From: Holophagales bacterium
GTDB taxonomy: Bacteria > Acidobacteriota > Thermoanaerobaculia > UBA5066
Direction: 5' to 3'
Length of the DNA: 64,000 nt
NCBI GenBank assembly: GCA_016714815.1
Contig: JADKBZ010000016.1
Location: 116,609 to 180,608, forward strand
Part shown: positions 1 to 8,135 of the stretch, piece by piece
Layout: every line of letters starts with the position of its first letter
Numbering within the stretch: the stretch's first letter is position 1
Notes under the pieces: generated by a model
What the model was told of the DNA's origin: nothing
The model's input: the letters and a program-made list of their open reading frames with translations, nothing else
Databases searched by the model: none
Made by a program: the position numbers and the translations under genes

Positions 1-182
1 CGGGTGATCGTGACGAGGTAGCCGATCACGCTCGTCAGCTCGAGGCGGTCGCGCGCGCTCCAGACGCGGACGAACGTCTCTGACGTGATGTCCTCAGCCG
101 TCGCCCGGTTCCCCGACAGCGACAGCGCGAAGCGGTAGACCGCGGGCGCGTGGAGGGCGTACAGCTCCTCGAAGCCGGTCAA
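1..182 (-). CDS. ECF (sigma-70 family) RNA polymerase sigma factor, N-terminal part only; the gene runs off the window start
   Basis: The reverse-complement translation reads LTGFEELYALHAPAVYRFALSLSGNRATAEDITSETFVRVWSARDRLELTSVIGYLVTITR. This matches sigma-70 region 2 of ECF sigma factors. A TTG at 182 overlaps the permease stop, but the start is uncertain. Confidence 0.5.
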   Translation of the reverse strand, partial: MTGFEELYALHAPAVYRFALSLSGNRATAEDITSETFVRVWSARDRLELTSVIGYLVTIT

Positions 183-846
183 ACGAAGCTCGTCTTCCGC
201 TTCTGAAGCGCCACGATCAGCCAGACGACGGCGGCGACCCCCGCGGCCTCGCAGGCGATGGTGACCGGGAGGGCCGGCTCGCCCTTCCCTAGCGCGCGCA
301 GGTAGGCGCCGAACCCGGGGAGAGCGGGGAGGAGCTGCAGGACGATGTTGCCCATGACGAACATCAAGCCGACGAGCGTCCCGATCGTCCACCCGACGGA
401 CTCGGTGACGATGGCGACCGCCAGGACGACCGAGAAGAAGAGGAGCCACCCGCCGAGGACGAGAGCATGGTAGGCGAGCATACCGAGCGCGTGGACCCAG
501 AGCGGGTCGTGCGACGCGGCCATCCGGGCCGGGATGTCGAAGGGGGTGGCCCATACGAGGGCCGTCGCGGCGGTCACTCCGGGCAGGAGGAAGAGCGTGA
601 AGGCGGATGTGAGCTTGGCCACGGCCACCTCCCCCGGGGTCACCGGGAGGCTGACGACGAACGCGAGCGTCCGGCGCTCCCGCTCGCCGAGCACGGGTCC
701 CAGCATGACGTGGAACGAGACACCGATCAGGACGTTGAGTGCCAGCGTGGAGCCGGCCGTCCGGCCGAAGCGGCCGCCGACGAGGGCGGTCAGCGCGAGG
801 CTCGCGAGAGCGACGAGGACCCAGGCAACGAGCGGAGCGCGCATGA
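179..846 (-). CDS. ABC-2 family transporter permease (about 222 aa). The real start is likely the ATG at 846 (MRAPLVAWVL...), not the 405-aa ORF start.
   Basis: The product is polytopic and hydrophobic, with six predicted TM segments, and lies directly downstream of the ABC ATPase. The upstream part of the 405-aa ORF is an Arg/Pro/Gly-rich high-GC read-through. Confidence 0.6.
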
Positions 847-888
847 GCGAGCAGTCCTTCCTGACCAGGCGGAGGACGGTCCGGGCGT

Positions 889-1614
889 TCACGCGGCCCT
901 CCCGTCGACGGCCTTGCCGACCCGTTCCAGAAACGCCTGCTCCAGCGTGCGCCCTCCTCCGAGGAGACGGACCGTCGGAGCGTGCTCGATCAGCCGCCCC
1001 TCGTGGACGAAGACGACGTCGTCGGCCAGGCTGGCGACGTCGTCGCCGATGTGCGAGGAGAAGAGGAGCGCCCGGCGTTCCCCCCGGGTCTCTTTCAGCA
1101 TCGAGACGATCTCGTGCCGGACGACGGGGTCGAGGCCCGCGGTCGGCTCGTCGAGGATCAGCACCTCGGTCCGGCGAGCCATCGCCAGGAGCAGGAGCGC
1201 CTTCACGTGCTGCCCCCGCGAAAGGCCGCGGATCTTCTGATCCGGGTCGAGCGAGAAACGTTCGAGGAGCTCCGTGGCGCGGCGCCCGTCCCACCCTCCG
1301 GCCAGGTCGCGCACGAGCCGCATGTGCCACGCGAGCGTCGCGTCCCCGTAGAGCGCCATGTCCTCCGACACGAAGCCGACCCGTCCCTTCACCCACGCTT
1401 CCTCGGCGGGCATCGGACGGCCGAGGACGGTGACGCGCCCGGCGTCCGCCCGGACGAGCCCCACCAGGATCCGGAGGAGGGTGGACTTGCCCGCCCCGTT
1501 GGGGCCGACGAGGCCGAGCACGCTGCCCGACGGGACGTCGAGGTCGACCCCCTGAAGGGCGAATCGGGGGTAGCTCTTTCGGATGCCTCTCAGCTCGATC
1601 GCGCGCTCGCTCAC
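889..1614 (-). CDS. ABC transporter ATP-binding protein (about 242 aa)
   Basis: Walker [10 protein letters not shown], signature LSRGQ, and Walker [16 protein letters not shown] start lies at 1614 ([10 protein letters not shown]...). The 622-aa ORF in the track is an upstream extension. Confidence 0.85.
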   Translation of the reverse strand: MSERAIELRGIRKSYPRFALQGVDLDVPSGSVLGLVGPNGAGKSTLLRILVGLVRADAGRVTVLGRPMPAEEAWVKGRVGFVSEDMALYGDATLAWHMRLVRDLAGGWDGRRATELLERFSLDPDQKIRGLSRGQHVKALLLLAMARRTEVLILDEPTAGLDPVVRHEIVSMLKETRGERRALLFSSHIGDDVASLADDVVFVHEGRLIEHAPTVRLLGGGRTLEQAFLERVGKAVDGRAA

Positions 1615-1743
1615 GGGGACCCTCCTCTTCCGGGCGTCGCGACGAAGAGCGAGGAGGGGGCGGAAAGTTACGGCGGGGGCGCGGTGGGGCGCCGTGGGGC
1701 GCGCTCGTCCCCGGGGGGATCGTGTCGTAAACTCCCGCGCCTT

Positions 1744-2157
1744 ATGGAAAAGACATTCGCGATCATCAAGCCCGACGCCGTCGAGGCCAAGAACGCCGGG
1801 AAGATCCTCGCCCGCATGGAGGCCGAGGGCTTCCGCGTCGTGGCGATGAAGTTTCACCGGATCACGAAGGGCGAGGCCGAGGGCTTCTACGGCGAGCACG
1901 CCGGCAAGGGCTTCTTCGGCTCCCTCGTCGCCTACATGACGTCGGGTCCGGTCTTCGTCGCCGTCCTCGAGCGGGAGAACGCCGTCGCCCACTGGCGCGC
2001 CGTCATGGGCGCAACGAACCCCGCCAACGCCGACGAGGGGACGATCCGCAAGGAGTTCGGCCAGTCGATCGAGCGCAACGCCTCGCACGGCTCGGCCAAT
2101 CTCGCCGACGCCGCCCGCGAGGTGACGTTCTTCTTCTCCCAGGCCGAGCTTTTCTAG
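1744..2157 (+). CDS. ndk: nucleoside diphosphate kinase
   Basis: [30 protein letters not shown]... is a full-length NDK with its conserved His-loop region. ATG at 1744 and TAG at 2155-2157. Confidence 0.95.
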   Translation: MEKTFAIIKPDAVEAKNAGKILARMEAEGFRVVAMKFHRITKGEAEGFYGEHAGKGFFGSLVAYMTSGPVFVAVLERENAVAHWRAVMGATNPANADEGTIRKEFGQSIERNASHGSANLADAAREVTFFFSQAELF

Positions 2158-3002
2158 TCCTGCCTCCGGCTCGTCTGCCAGCTCTTCAGGAGGGCCCGCG
2201 CATCCGCGCGGGCCTTTTCGTGCTCGACGAGCCACTTCGGGTCTGGAAGGTCCTCGACGACGCGCTCGGCGATCGCGATCGCTTCGTCCCGGCCCGAGAG
2301 GTCGAGGTCCCGGAGCGCCTCGGCGAGGAAGAGCCGGTTCACGAGGCTCGACGGCGCGACGGCCACGGCCTTCCGGAGGTGACGGATCGCCTCCGTTTTC
2401 GAGATCCAGCCGGTGATCAGCGGGATCGAGGGGGTCTTGTGGTGGAGCCTGCCGAGCATCCGGTCTCCCGCGGCGTCGTCGAGGGCGGGAGCGAGCCGGA
2501 TCACCGCTTCGGCGCAGTCGCGGATCCGGGCCGCGGCCCCCTCGCGGGCGGCCGCGAAGATCCCTTCCGCGAGGGCGTACATCCCCCACGCCACCCCGCC
2601 CCACTCGAAGGCCGAGGCGGCCTCGGGGTCTCCCGCGAACCGGGGCACGAGGTCCACGGGGGTGGCCCGCGAGAAGTCGCGCGAGGAGTCTTCCGTCGCC
2701 TTCATCCGCAGCTGCAGGAAGCAGTCGTCGGCGACGCGCGTCGCCTCCAGGAAGCACCCCTTCGCCTCGGCCGGCCCGGCCGAGGCGTACTCGCCCGCGA
2801 AGTAGAGCGCTCGCATGACTCTCCAGCGGGCCTCGATCGAATGAGGCTGCTCGGACAGCTCGGCACGCAGGAGCGAGAGGACCTTGCGGACGGGCGTGAC
2901 CCGGGCGCGTCCGCCGTGGCCTCCTTCGGCGCGTCCGGCCCAGGCGGCGTCCGCTTCCGCGACGAGAGGGGAAAGGGCGTGCGCGGTCGTTCTCCGGCTC
3001 AT
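2154..3002 (-). CDS. conserved hypothetical protein (about 282 aa, helical, possibly TPR-like)
   Basis: The ORF starts at [13 protein letters not shown]. It ends in a convergent 4-bp overlap with the ndk stop (CTAG). No diagnostic motif was recognised. Confidence 0.45.
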   Translation of the reverse strand: MSRRTTAHALSPLVAEADAAWAGRAEGGHGGRARVTPVRKVLSLLRAELSEQPHSIEARWRVMRALYFAGEYASAGPAEAKGCFLEATRVADDCFLQLRMKATEDSSRDFSRATPVDLVPRFAGDPEAASAFEWGGVAWGMYALAEGIFAAAREGAAARIRDCAEAVIRLAPALDDAAGDRMLGRLHHKTPSIPLITGWISKTEAIRHLRKAVAVAPSSLVNRLFLAEALRDLDLSGRDEAIAIAERVVEDLPDPKWLVEHEKARADARALLKSWQTSRRQD

Positions 3003-3099
3003 CCCCCTACGATACGCCGCATTGCAGCATGACGCACGTTCCGGGAGCCTCCTTCCCGGTCCCTGATGGGGCTCCCGCCCCGCCTGCGACAATCCAGCG

Positions 3100-4335
3100 G
3101 TGAGAGGACAGGCGCTGGCCATCGCCACGTTCCTGCTCGCGGCCCGCCTGGCCGCGGCGGGAGAGGAGCCCCGGCGCCTCGACGGCGGCTTTGGGCGGCC
3201 GGTTCCCACCCGCACACCGAGCCCCGGACCGATCGCCTCGCCTACGGCCGTCCGCACTCCGCCGCCGCCCCTCGTGCCGGCGCCCCGGGCGACCGCTGGG
3301 CCGTCCCCCCGGGCCACGGCTCCGCCGGCCGTCCGGGCGACCACCCTGCCGGCCCCCCCCGCACGGCCGGCTGCGCCCCTCGCGACTCGCCCGGCTGCGC
3401 CGACCGCCACCCGTCCGGCCGCGCCGCGGCCCGCGGCCACACCCCCGCGAAAGTCGGCCGACGTCTCCGTCGGCTACGTCCTCGTCCCGTTCGTCGTCAC
3501 CGACCGAAAAGGGCGCCCCGTCGGAGACCTGAGGGAGCAGGACGTCACCCTCCTGTCCGAGGGAGTCCCGGTCGCCTGGGACCTCTTCCAGAAGAGCGCG
3601 GACGCACCCGTTTCCTACGCCGTCCTCCTGGACGGCTCCGGCTCGATGGGCCTCGCCGGGAAGATGGAGGGGGCGATCGCCGCGCTCGAGACGCTCGCCG
3701 CCACCCGGATCCCGGGCGACGATTTCGCCCTTTTCGTCTTCGCCGAGGGGGAGCTGAAGGAGATCGTCGGATTCACGGAAGACGCAGAGAAGATCGTCGA
3801 GGCGGCCCGCCGGGTGAAACCGTGGGGGAAGACCGCCTTCCGCGACGCGCTCGTCCGGATGCCCGAGGAGAGCCTCCACGGGAGGAACGGGTCGAAGGCC
3901 ATCATCCTGCTCTCCGACGGCATCGACAACGATTCCCGGATCACCGAGCCCGAGCTGACGAAGCTGATGGAGGGGGTCGAGATCCCGGTTTATCCCCTCG
4001 GCCTCCGTTCCCCCGGGGGCCTGATGCGGCCTCTTCCCGGCACGACCGTTGAGTGGCTGCTCAATGTCGATGTCCTTTCCCACATCGCCCGGATCACGGG
4101 TGGACGGATGTCGCTGGTCGACGACCCGGCCCAGCTTCCCTCTCACGTCCTCTCCATTCAGAAAGACCTGCGGCATCAATACCTGATTGGCTTCTCTCCG
4201 GCGGGGAGCGGTCCGGTAAGATACCGGAGTCTCACGCTCAGGGTGGCCGGACCGGCCCGCCCCGTTCGCGCGAGGGCCGGATACCTCGGTTCCGACCCTC
4301 CCTCGCACGGGCCAGGTGGGCCCGGGACCCGGTAG
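3100..4335 (+). CDS. secreted VWA domain protein of the acidobacterial VWFA-related type, with a Pro/Ala-rich linker
   Basis: N-terminal signal peptide, then PAAP/TRPAAP low-complexity repeats over 3240-3460. The motif VGYVLVPFVVTDRKGRPVGDLREQDVTLLSEGVPV matches the VWFA-related acidobacterial domain as I recall it, and a DGSGSM MIDAS-like motif follows. Confidence 0.75.
   Translation: MRGQALAIATFLLAARLAAAGEEPRRLDGGFGRPVPTRTPSPGPIASPTAVRTPPPPLVPAPRATAGPSPRATAPPAVRATTLPAPPARPAAPLATRPAAPTATRPAAPRPAATPPRKSADVSVGYVLVPFVVTDRKGRPVGDLREQDVTLLSEGVPVAWDLFQKSADAPVSYAVLLDGSGSMGLAGKMEGAIAALETLAATRIPGDDFALFVFAEGELKEIVGFTEDAEKIVEAARRVKPWGKTAFRDALVRMPEESLHGRNGSKAIILLSDGIDNDSRITEPELTKLMEGVEIPVYPLGLRSPGGLMRPLPGTTVEWLLNVDVLSHIARITGGRMSLVDDPAQLPSHVLSIQKDLRHQYLIGFSPAGSGPVRYRSLTLRVAGPARPVRARAGYLGSDPPSHGPGGPGTR
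3240..3460 (+). repeat. Pro/Ala/Thr/Arg-rich low-complexity repeats (PAAP.TRPAAP units) inside the VWA gene
   Basis: Repeated ccggc(c/t)gcgcc... codon units encode APRATAGPSPRATAPPAVRATTLPAPPARPAAPLATRPAAPTATRPAAPRPAATPP. Confidence 0.6.
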
Positions 4336-4376
4336 GCGAACGGAGACCGTCCAAAGGACCTAATAGGAGGAACCTC

Positions 4377-5018
4377 ATGACGAAGCAGAACCGGATGGGT
4401 CTCGTGGGTGTCACCGTCCTCGTGGCGGGCGCCTTCGGGTGCGCCACGTCGACCCAGGTCGACGAGAAGATCGCCGCGGCCACGGCGAAGACCGACCAGA
4501 AGATCGAGACGGTCGAGACCCAGGTCGAGGACCTGCAGACGAAGCAGAAAGCGACCGAGGCGAAGCTCGACACCCAGGGGCAGGAGATCGCCAAGCTCTC
4601 CCAGTCCGCGCAGGAAGCCCTCAAGCGCGCCCAGGAGGCGGGGATCCTCGCCAAGGGGAAGGTCGTCTTCGAGCAGACCTTCAGCGAGGACCGGATCAAG
4701 TTCCGGAGCGGCTCCGCCGACCTGAACGACGACGCCCGGACCGCCCTCGACGAGTTCGCCGCGAAGGTGAAGGAGCTGAAGCGTCCCGTCTGGATGGAGA
4801 TCCAGGGTCACACCGACTCCACCGGCACCGCCGAGATCAACGACGCCCTCGGAGAGAAGCGGGCCGAGGCCGTCCGCCGCTACCTGGCGCGCAAGCACCA
4901 GCTCCCGATCCAGCGGATGGCGACGATCTCCTATGGCGACACGCTCCCGGCCGATCCGGGCAAGGGCAACAAGGCGCGCGCCGCGAACCGCCGCGTCGTC
5001 CTCGTCGTCCTCGAGTAG
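4377..5018 (+). CDS. OmpA-family peptidoglycan-binding protein with an N-terminal coiled-coil
   Basis: SD AGGAGG sits 7 nt upstream of the ATG at 4377. There is a signal/lipoprotein-like N-terminus (VLVAGAFGCAT). The C-terminal OmpA_C-like motifs are EIQGHTDSTGTAEINDALGEKRAEAVRRYL and NRRVVLVV. Confidence 0.85.
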   Translation: MTKQNRMGLVGVTVLVAGAFGCATSTQVDEKIAAATAKTDQKIETVETQVEDLQTKQKATEAKLDTQGQEIAKLSQSAQEALKRAQEAGILAKGKVVFEQTFSEDRIKFRSGSADLNDDARTALDEFAAKVKELKRPVWMEIQGHTDSTGTAEINDALGEKRAEAVRRYLARKHQLPIQRMATISYGDTLPADPGKGNKARAANRRVVLVVLE

Positions 5019-5038
5019 GCTTCCGCGATCCGTCGAAG

Positions 5039-5086
5039 GGCCGGGCGCTCCGGGGCTACCGGATCGGCCCGGCCTTCTTCTTTTCC
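5039..5086 (+). terminator. putative rho-independent terminator between the convergent OmpA-family and rluA-family genes
   Basis: An 8-bp stem ggccgggc (5039-5046) pairs with gcccggcc (5067-5074). It is followed by the T-rich tract ttcttcttttcc. Confidence 0.35.
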
Positions 5087-6018
5087 GGCGCCGCGGGGCG
5101 GGGCTTCGGAGGTGCCGGCCTCGCCTTGCTCCCGGCCTTGTCGCGGCGCTTGCGGAGGTCGGCGAGGAGCTCCTCGAAATCCTTCGGCGGCGGGGTCGTC
5201 ACCGACACCTTTCCGCCGTCGGGCTTCTCCCATCCGAGGTGCCCGGCGTGGAGCGCCTGCCGCTTGAACGGGATCGGGAACGGCGGCTTCTTCGCGTCGC
5301 GGTAGACCTGGTCGCCGACGAGCGGGTGGCCGGCGTGAGAGAAGTGGATCCGGATCTGGTGGGTCCGCCCGGTCCGGAGCCGCGCCTCGACGAGCGTCGC
5401 GATCCCGAACCTCTCGACGACCTTCCAGTCGGTGATCGCCTTGATCCCCGCCTCGCCCTCCCGGGCCACGCGCTTGCGCCGCTCGCCTTCTTCGAGGATC
5501 GGCCAGTCGAACGTCCCCTTCTCCCCTTCGAGGTTCCCCTCGACGACGGCCACGTAGCGGCGGTCCACGGTGTGCGCGCGCAGCTGCGCCTGCAGGCTCA
5601 CCAGCCCCTTGCGGGTCCGGGCGAAGACGAGGGCGCCGGACGTCTCCTTGTCGAGGCGGTGGACGATCCCGACGTACGCCCGCCCCTTGCTCGCCTTCGC
5701 CGCCCAGGTCGAGACGCGGGAGAGGAGCGAATCCTTCTCCTTCGCCTCGGTCGGGTGGGTCAGGAGCCCCGCGGGCTTCACGACGGCCACCGAGTCGTCG
5801 TCCTGGAAGAGGATCGTCAGCGACGTGTCGACCTTTCGCCGGATCTTCCGGTTCGGGTCGAAGTAGACGGCGGCCGTCAGCGGCACGAGCGCGCCGGGAT
5901 CGTCGACGACGGCGCCGCTCACCGTCACCTGTCCCTCGATCACCGCGCGCTTCAGGCGCGAGGCGGTCTCGGCGGGGTAGAGGGCCGCGAGGCGGCGGAC
6001 GATCCGGATCGTTTCCAT
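5056..6018 (-). CDS. RluA-family pseudouridine synthase
   Basis: METIRIVRRL... start. The catalytic HRLDKETSGALVFA motif and an S4-like N-terminus are present. The 371-aa ORF includes an upstream extension. Confidence 0.85.
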   Translation of the reverse strand: METIRIVRRLAALYPAETASRLKRAVIEGQVTVSGAVVDDPGALVPLTAAVYFDPNRKIRRKVDTSLTILFQDDDSVAVVKPAGLLTHPTEAKEKDSLLSRVSTWAAKASKGRAYVGIVHRLDKETSGALVFARTRKGLVSLQAQLRAHTVDRRYVAVVEGNLEGEKGTFDWPILEEGERRKRVAREGEAGIKAITDWKVVERFGIATLVEARLRTGRTHQIRIHFSHAGHPLVGDQVYRDAKKPPFPIPFKRQALHAGHLGWEKPDGGKVSVTTPPPKDFEELLADLRKRRDKAGSKARPAPPKPRPAAPEKKKAGPIR

Positions 6019-6082
6019 CGGGGGAATCGTCTCACGGGGCGGACGCGGCGCCTGGCGGCCGGGCGAAGGTAGACTTTCCGGC

Positions 6083-7441
6083 ATGGCGAACGCTTCCACC
6101 GACCTCTTCGCCCGCCGCCGCGAGCGCTTCTTCGACCGCGTGAAGGAAGGGGTGGCGATCCTCTTCGCCACGCCCGAGCAGCACCTGAGCTGGGACGGGG
6201 AGTACCGCTACCGGCCCGACCCTGATCTCTTCTACCTCACCGGTTTCGGCGAGCCGGAGACGGTCGCGGTCCTCGACGCCGGGGCTCGGGCGTTCTTCCT
6301 CTTCGTGCGGCCGAGGGACCGCGAGCGGGAGACGTGGACCGGGCGCCGGGCCGGGACGAAGGGAGCGGTGAAGGTCCACGGGGCGGACGCGGCGTGGGAC
6401 GTGGCCGAGCTGGAGAAGAAGCTCCCCGAGCTGATCCGCGGCTCGTCGAGCCTCCACTACGCCTTTGGCATCGACGAGAAGCGCGACCTCCTCGTCGCGT
6501 CGATCCTCGGCCGCTTCCGGCGAGAGGCGCGCAACCCGCAGCGGGGGCCGGTCGCCGTGAACGACGTGACGGACGTGATCCACGAGCTGCGCCTGCGCAA
6601 GGAGCCGGAGGAGATCGCCCTGATGGAGCGGGCCGCGGCGATCGCGGCGGCGGCGCACGACGAGGCGCGGGCGATCGCGCGGCCGGGGCGGATGGAGTAC
6701 GAGGTGGAGGCGGCGATCGGGGCGCACTTCCGGAGGGAAGGGGCGTCGGGGCCGTCGTACGAGACGATCGTCGCCTCCGGCCCGAACGCGACGACGCTCC
6801 ACTACGTCGAGAACGACCGGAAGATCGAGGAGGGCGACCTCGTCCTCGTCGACGCCGGTTGCGAGGTCGACGGGTACGCGTCCGACATCACGCGGACGTT
6901 CCCTGCCTCGGGGCGCTTCGCTCCGGAGCAGGAGGCGATCTACCGCGTCGTCCTCGCGGCCCAGCACGCGGCCATCGCGAAGGTGAGGCCGGGCGGGCCG
7001 TTCCAGGACGTCCACGACGCGGCGGTGGAGGTGCTCGTCGACGGCCTCCTCGAGCTGGGACTCCTCTCGGGGAAGCGGAAGAAGGTGATCGAGAAGGGGA
7101 TCTTCACCCGCTTCTACATGCACCGGACGTCGCACTGGCTCGGGATGGACGTCCACGACCGGGGCCGCTACCACGACGCGAAGGGGGAGTGGCGGCTGCT
7201 GGAGCCTGGGATGGTGCTGACGGTGGAGCCGGGGCTCTACATCCGCCCCGACGAGAAGAAGGTGCCGTCGGCGTTCCTCGGGATCGGCGTGAGGATCGAG
7301 GACGACGTCCTCGTCACGGCGGAAGGGCACCGGGTCCTGACGTCGGCCGCGCCGAAGTCGGTCGAGGCGATGTGCGCGCACGGGGAGAAGCGGGCGGTGC
7401 GGCCGGCGAAGGCGGCTCCAAAGGCGGCCCGGCCCAGGTAA
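6083..7441 (+). CDS. pepP: Xaa-Pro aminopeptidase (M24B, aminopeptidase P)
   Basis: A creatinase/AMP_N N-terminal domain is followed by an M24 catalytic domain. Motifs DLVLVDAGCEVDGYASDITRTF, HWLGMDVHD and VLTVEPGLY are present. Confidence 0.85.
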   Translation: MANASTDLFARRRERFFDRVKEGVAILFATPEQHLSWDGEYRYRPDPDLFYLTGFGEPETVAVLDAGARAFFLFVRPRDRERETWTGRRAGTKGAVKVHGADAAWDVAELEKKLPELIRGSSSLHYAFGIDEKRDLLVASILGRFRREARNPQRGPVAVNDVTDVIHELRLRKEPEEIALMERAAAIAAAAHDEARAIARPGRMEYEVEAAIGAHFRREGASGPSYETIVASGPNATTLHYVENDRKIEEGDLVLVDAGCEVDGYASDITRTFPASGRFAPEQEAIYRVVLAAQHAAIAKVRPGGPFQDVHDAAVEVLVDGLLELGLLSGKRKKVIEKGIFTRFYMHRTSHWLGMDVHDRGRYHDAKGEWRLLEPGMVLTVEPGLYIRPDEKKVPSAFLGIGVRIEDDVLVTAEGHRVLTSAAPKSVEAMCAHGEKRAVRPAKAAPKAARPR

Positions 7442-7466
7442 TCGGGGGCTCTTTCGGAGGGCCGGC

Positions 7467-8066
7467 CTACTCCAGCGAGAAGCCGCGGTCGAGGCAGTCG
7501 AGGGCCTCGTCGCCGAGCCGGGCGAGGTCCGCCTTGCCGTCGATGCTGAACCAGTGCCGCATCGTGGCGCGGATGACGCCGATCGCCGCGCCCGCGAAGA
7601 CCCGGGCCCGAAGCTCCGAGGCGTGGCCGGGGCCGGTTCGTTCCCGGAAGGCGCGCGCCATCGCGGCCTCCCAGTCCCGGTCGATCTCGCGCTCGCGGGC
7701 GAGGAGGTCGGGGGAGGTCTGGATCAGCTTCTGCTGGGCGACGAGCTGGGCGCGGTTCGCCATGTACTCGCGGGCGAAGACGGCCGAGGTGCGGCGCAGG
7801 GTCGCCAGCGGCCGCTCGTCCGGCGGGGCGTTCATGAGGAAGGCGACGAAGCGGTCGAGGCGTTCGTGCCGGTGCGGAAAGACGAGGGCTTCCTTGTTCG
7901 GGAAGTAGCGGAAGAACGTCCGCCGGCTGATGCCGACCTCCTCGCAGATCTCGTCGATCGTGGTGGCCTCGAACCCCTTCCGGTGAAAGAGCCGGTTGCC
8001 GATCTCGAGCAGAGCCCGCCGGGTGGCCTCCTTCTTCTTTTCACGAAGGGGCCTTGGCGTTTTCAC
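7467..8066 (-). CDS. TetR/AcrR family transcriptional regulator, divergent from the pfa operon
   Basis: GTG start at 8066 (VKTPRPLREKKKEATRRALLEIGNRLFHRKGFEATTIDEICEEVGISRRTFFRYFPNKEAL is the TetR HTH). The rest of the 772-aa ORF is an antisense shadow of pfaD. Confidence 0.85.
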   Translation of the reverse strand: MKTPRPLREKKKEATRRALLEIGNRLFHRKGFEATTIDEICEEVGISRRTFFRYFPNKEALVFPHRHERLDRFVAFLMNAPPDERPLATLRRTSAVFAREYMANRAQLVAQQKLIQTSPDLLAREREIDRDWEAAMARAFRERTGPGHASELRARVFAGAAIGVIRATMRHWFSIDGKADLARLGDEALDCLDRGFSLE

Positions 8067-8091
8067 ATGCGAAGGATATAACTGCGCCCAA

Positions 8092-8105
8092 GTGAAATAT
8101 GTCAC
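8092..8105. promoter_or_regulatory. imperfect 14-bp palindrome GTGAAATATGTCAC in the AT-rich tetR/pfaD divergent intergenic region; candidate TetR operator
   Basis: It has one mismatch and lies between the tetR start (8066) and the pfaD start (8136). A TATAAC -10-like hexamer sits at about 8076. Confidence 0.25.
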
Positions 8106-8135
8106 TCGGTGCCATTTTCTGAGGACCTCCGCAAC

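Noticed and set aside
3007-4308. 433-aa minus-strand ORF, the 449-aa minus-strand ORFs at 6032-7381 and 24695-26044, and the plus-strand ORFs 47077-47952 and 47360-48886
   Set aside because: These are antisense or alternative-frame shadows of the VWA, pepP, SBP and flotillin genes respectively, with low-complexity RGPA-rich translations and no motifs.
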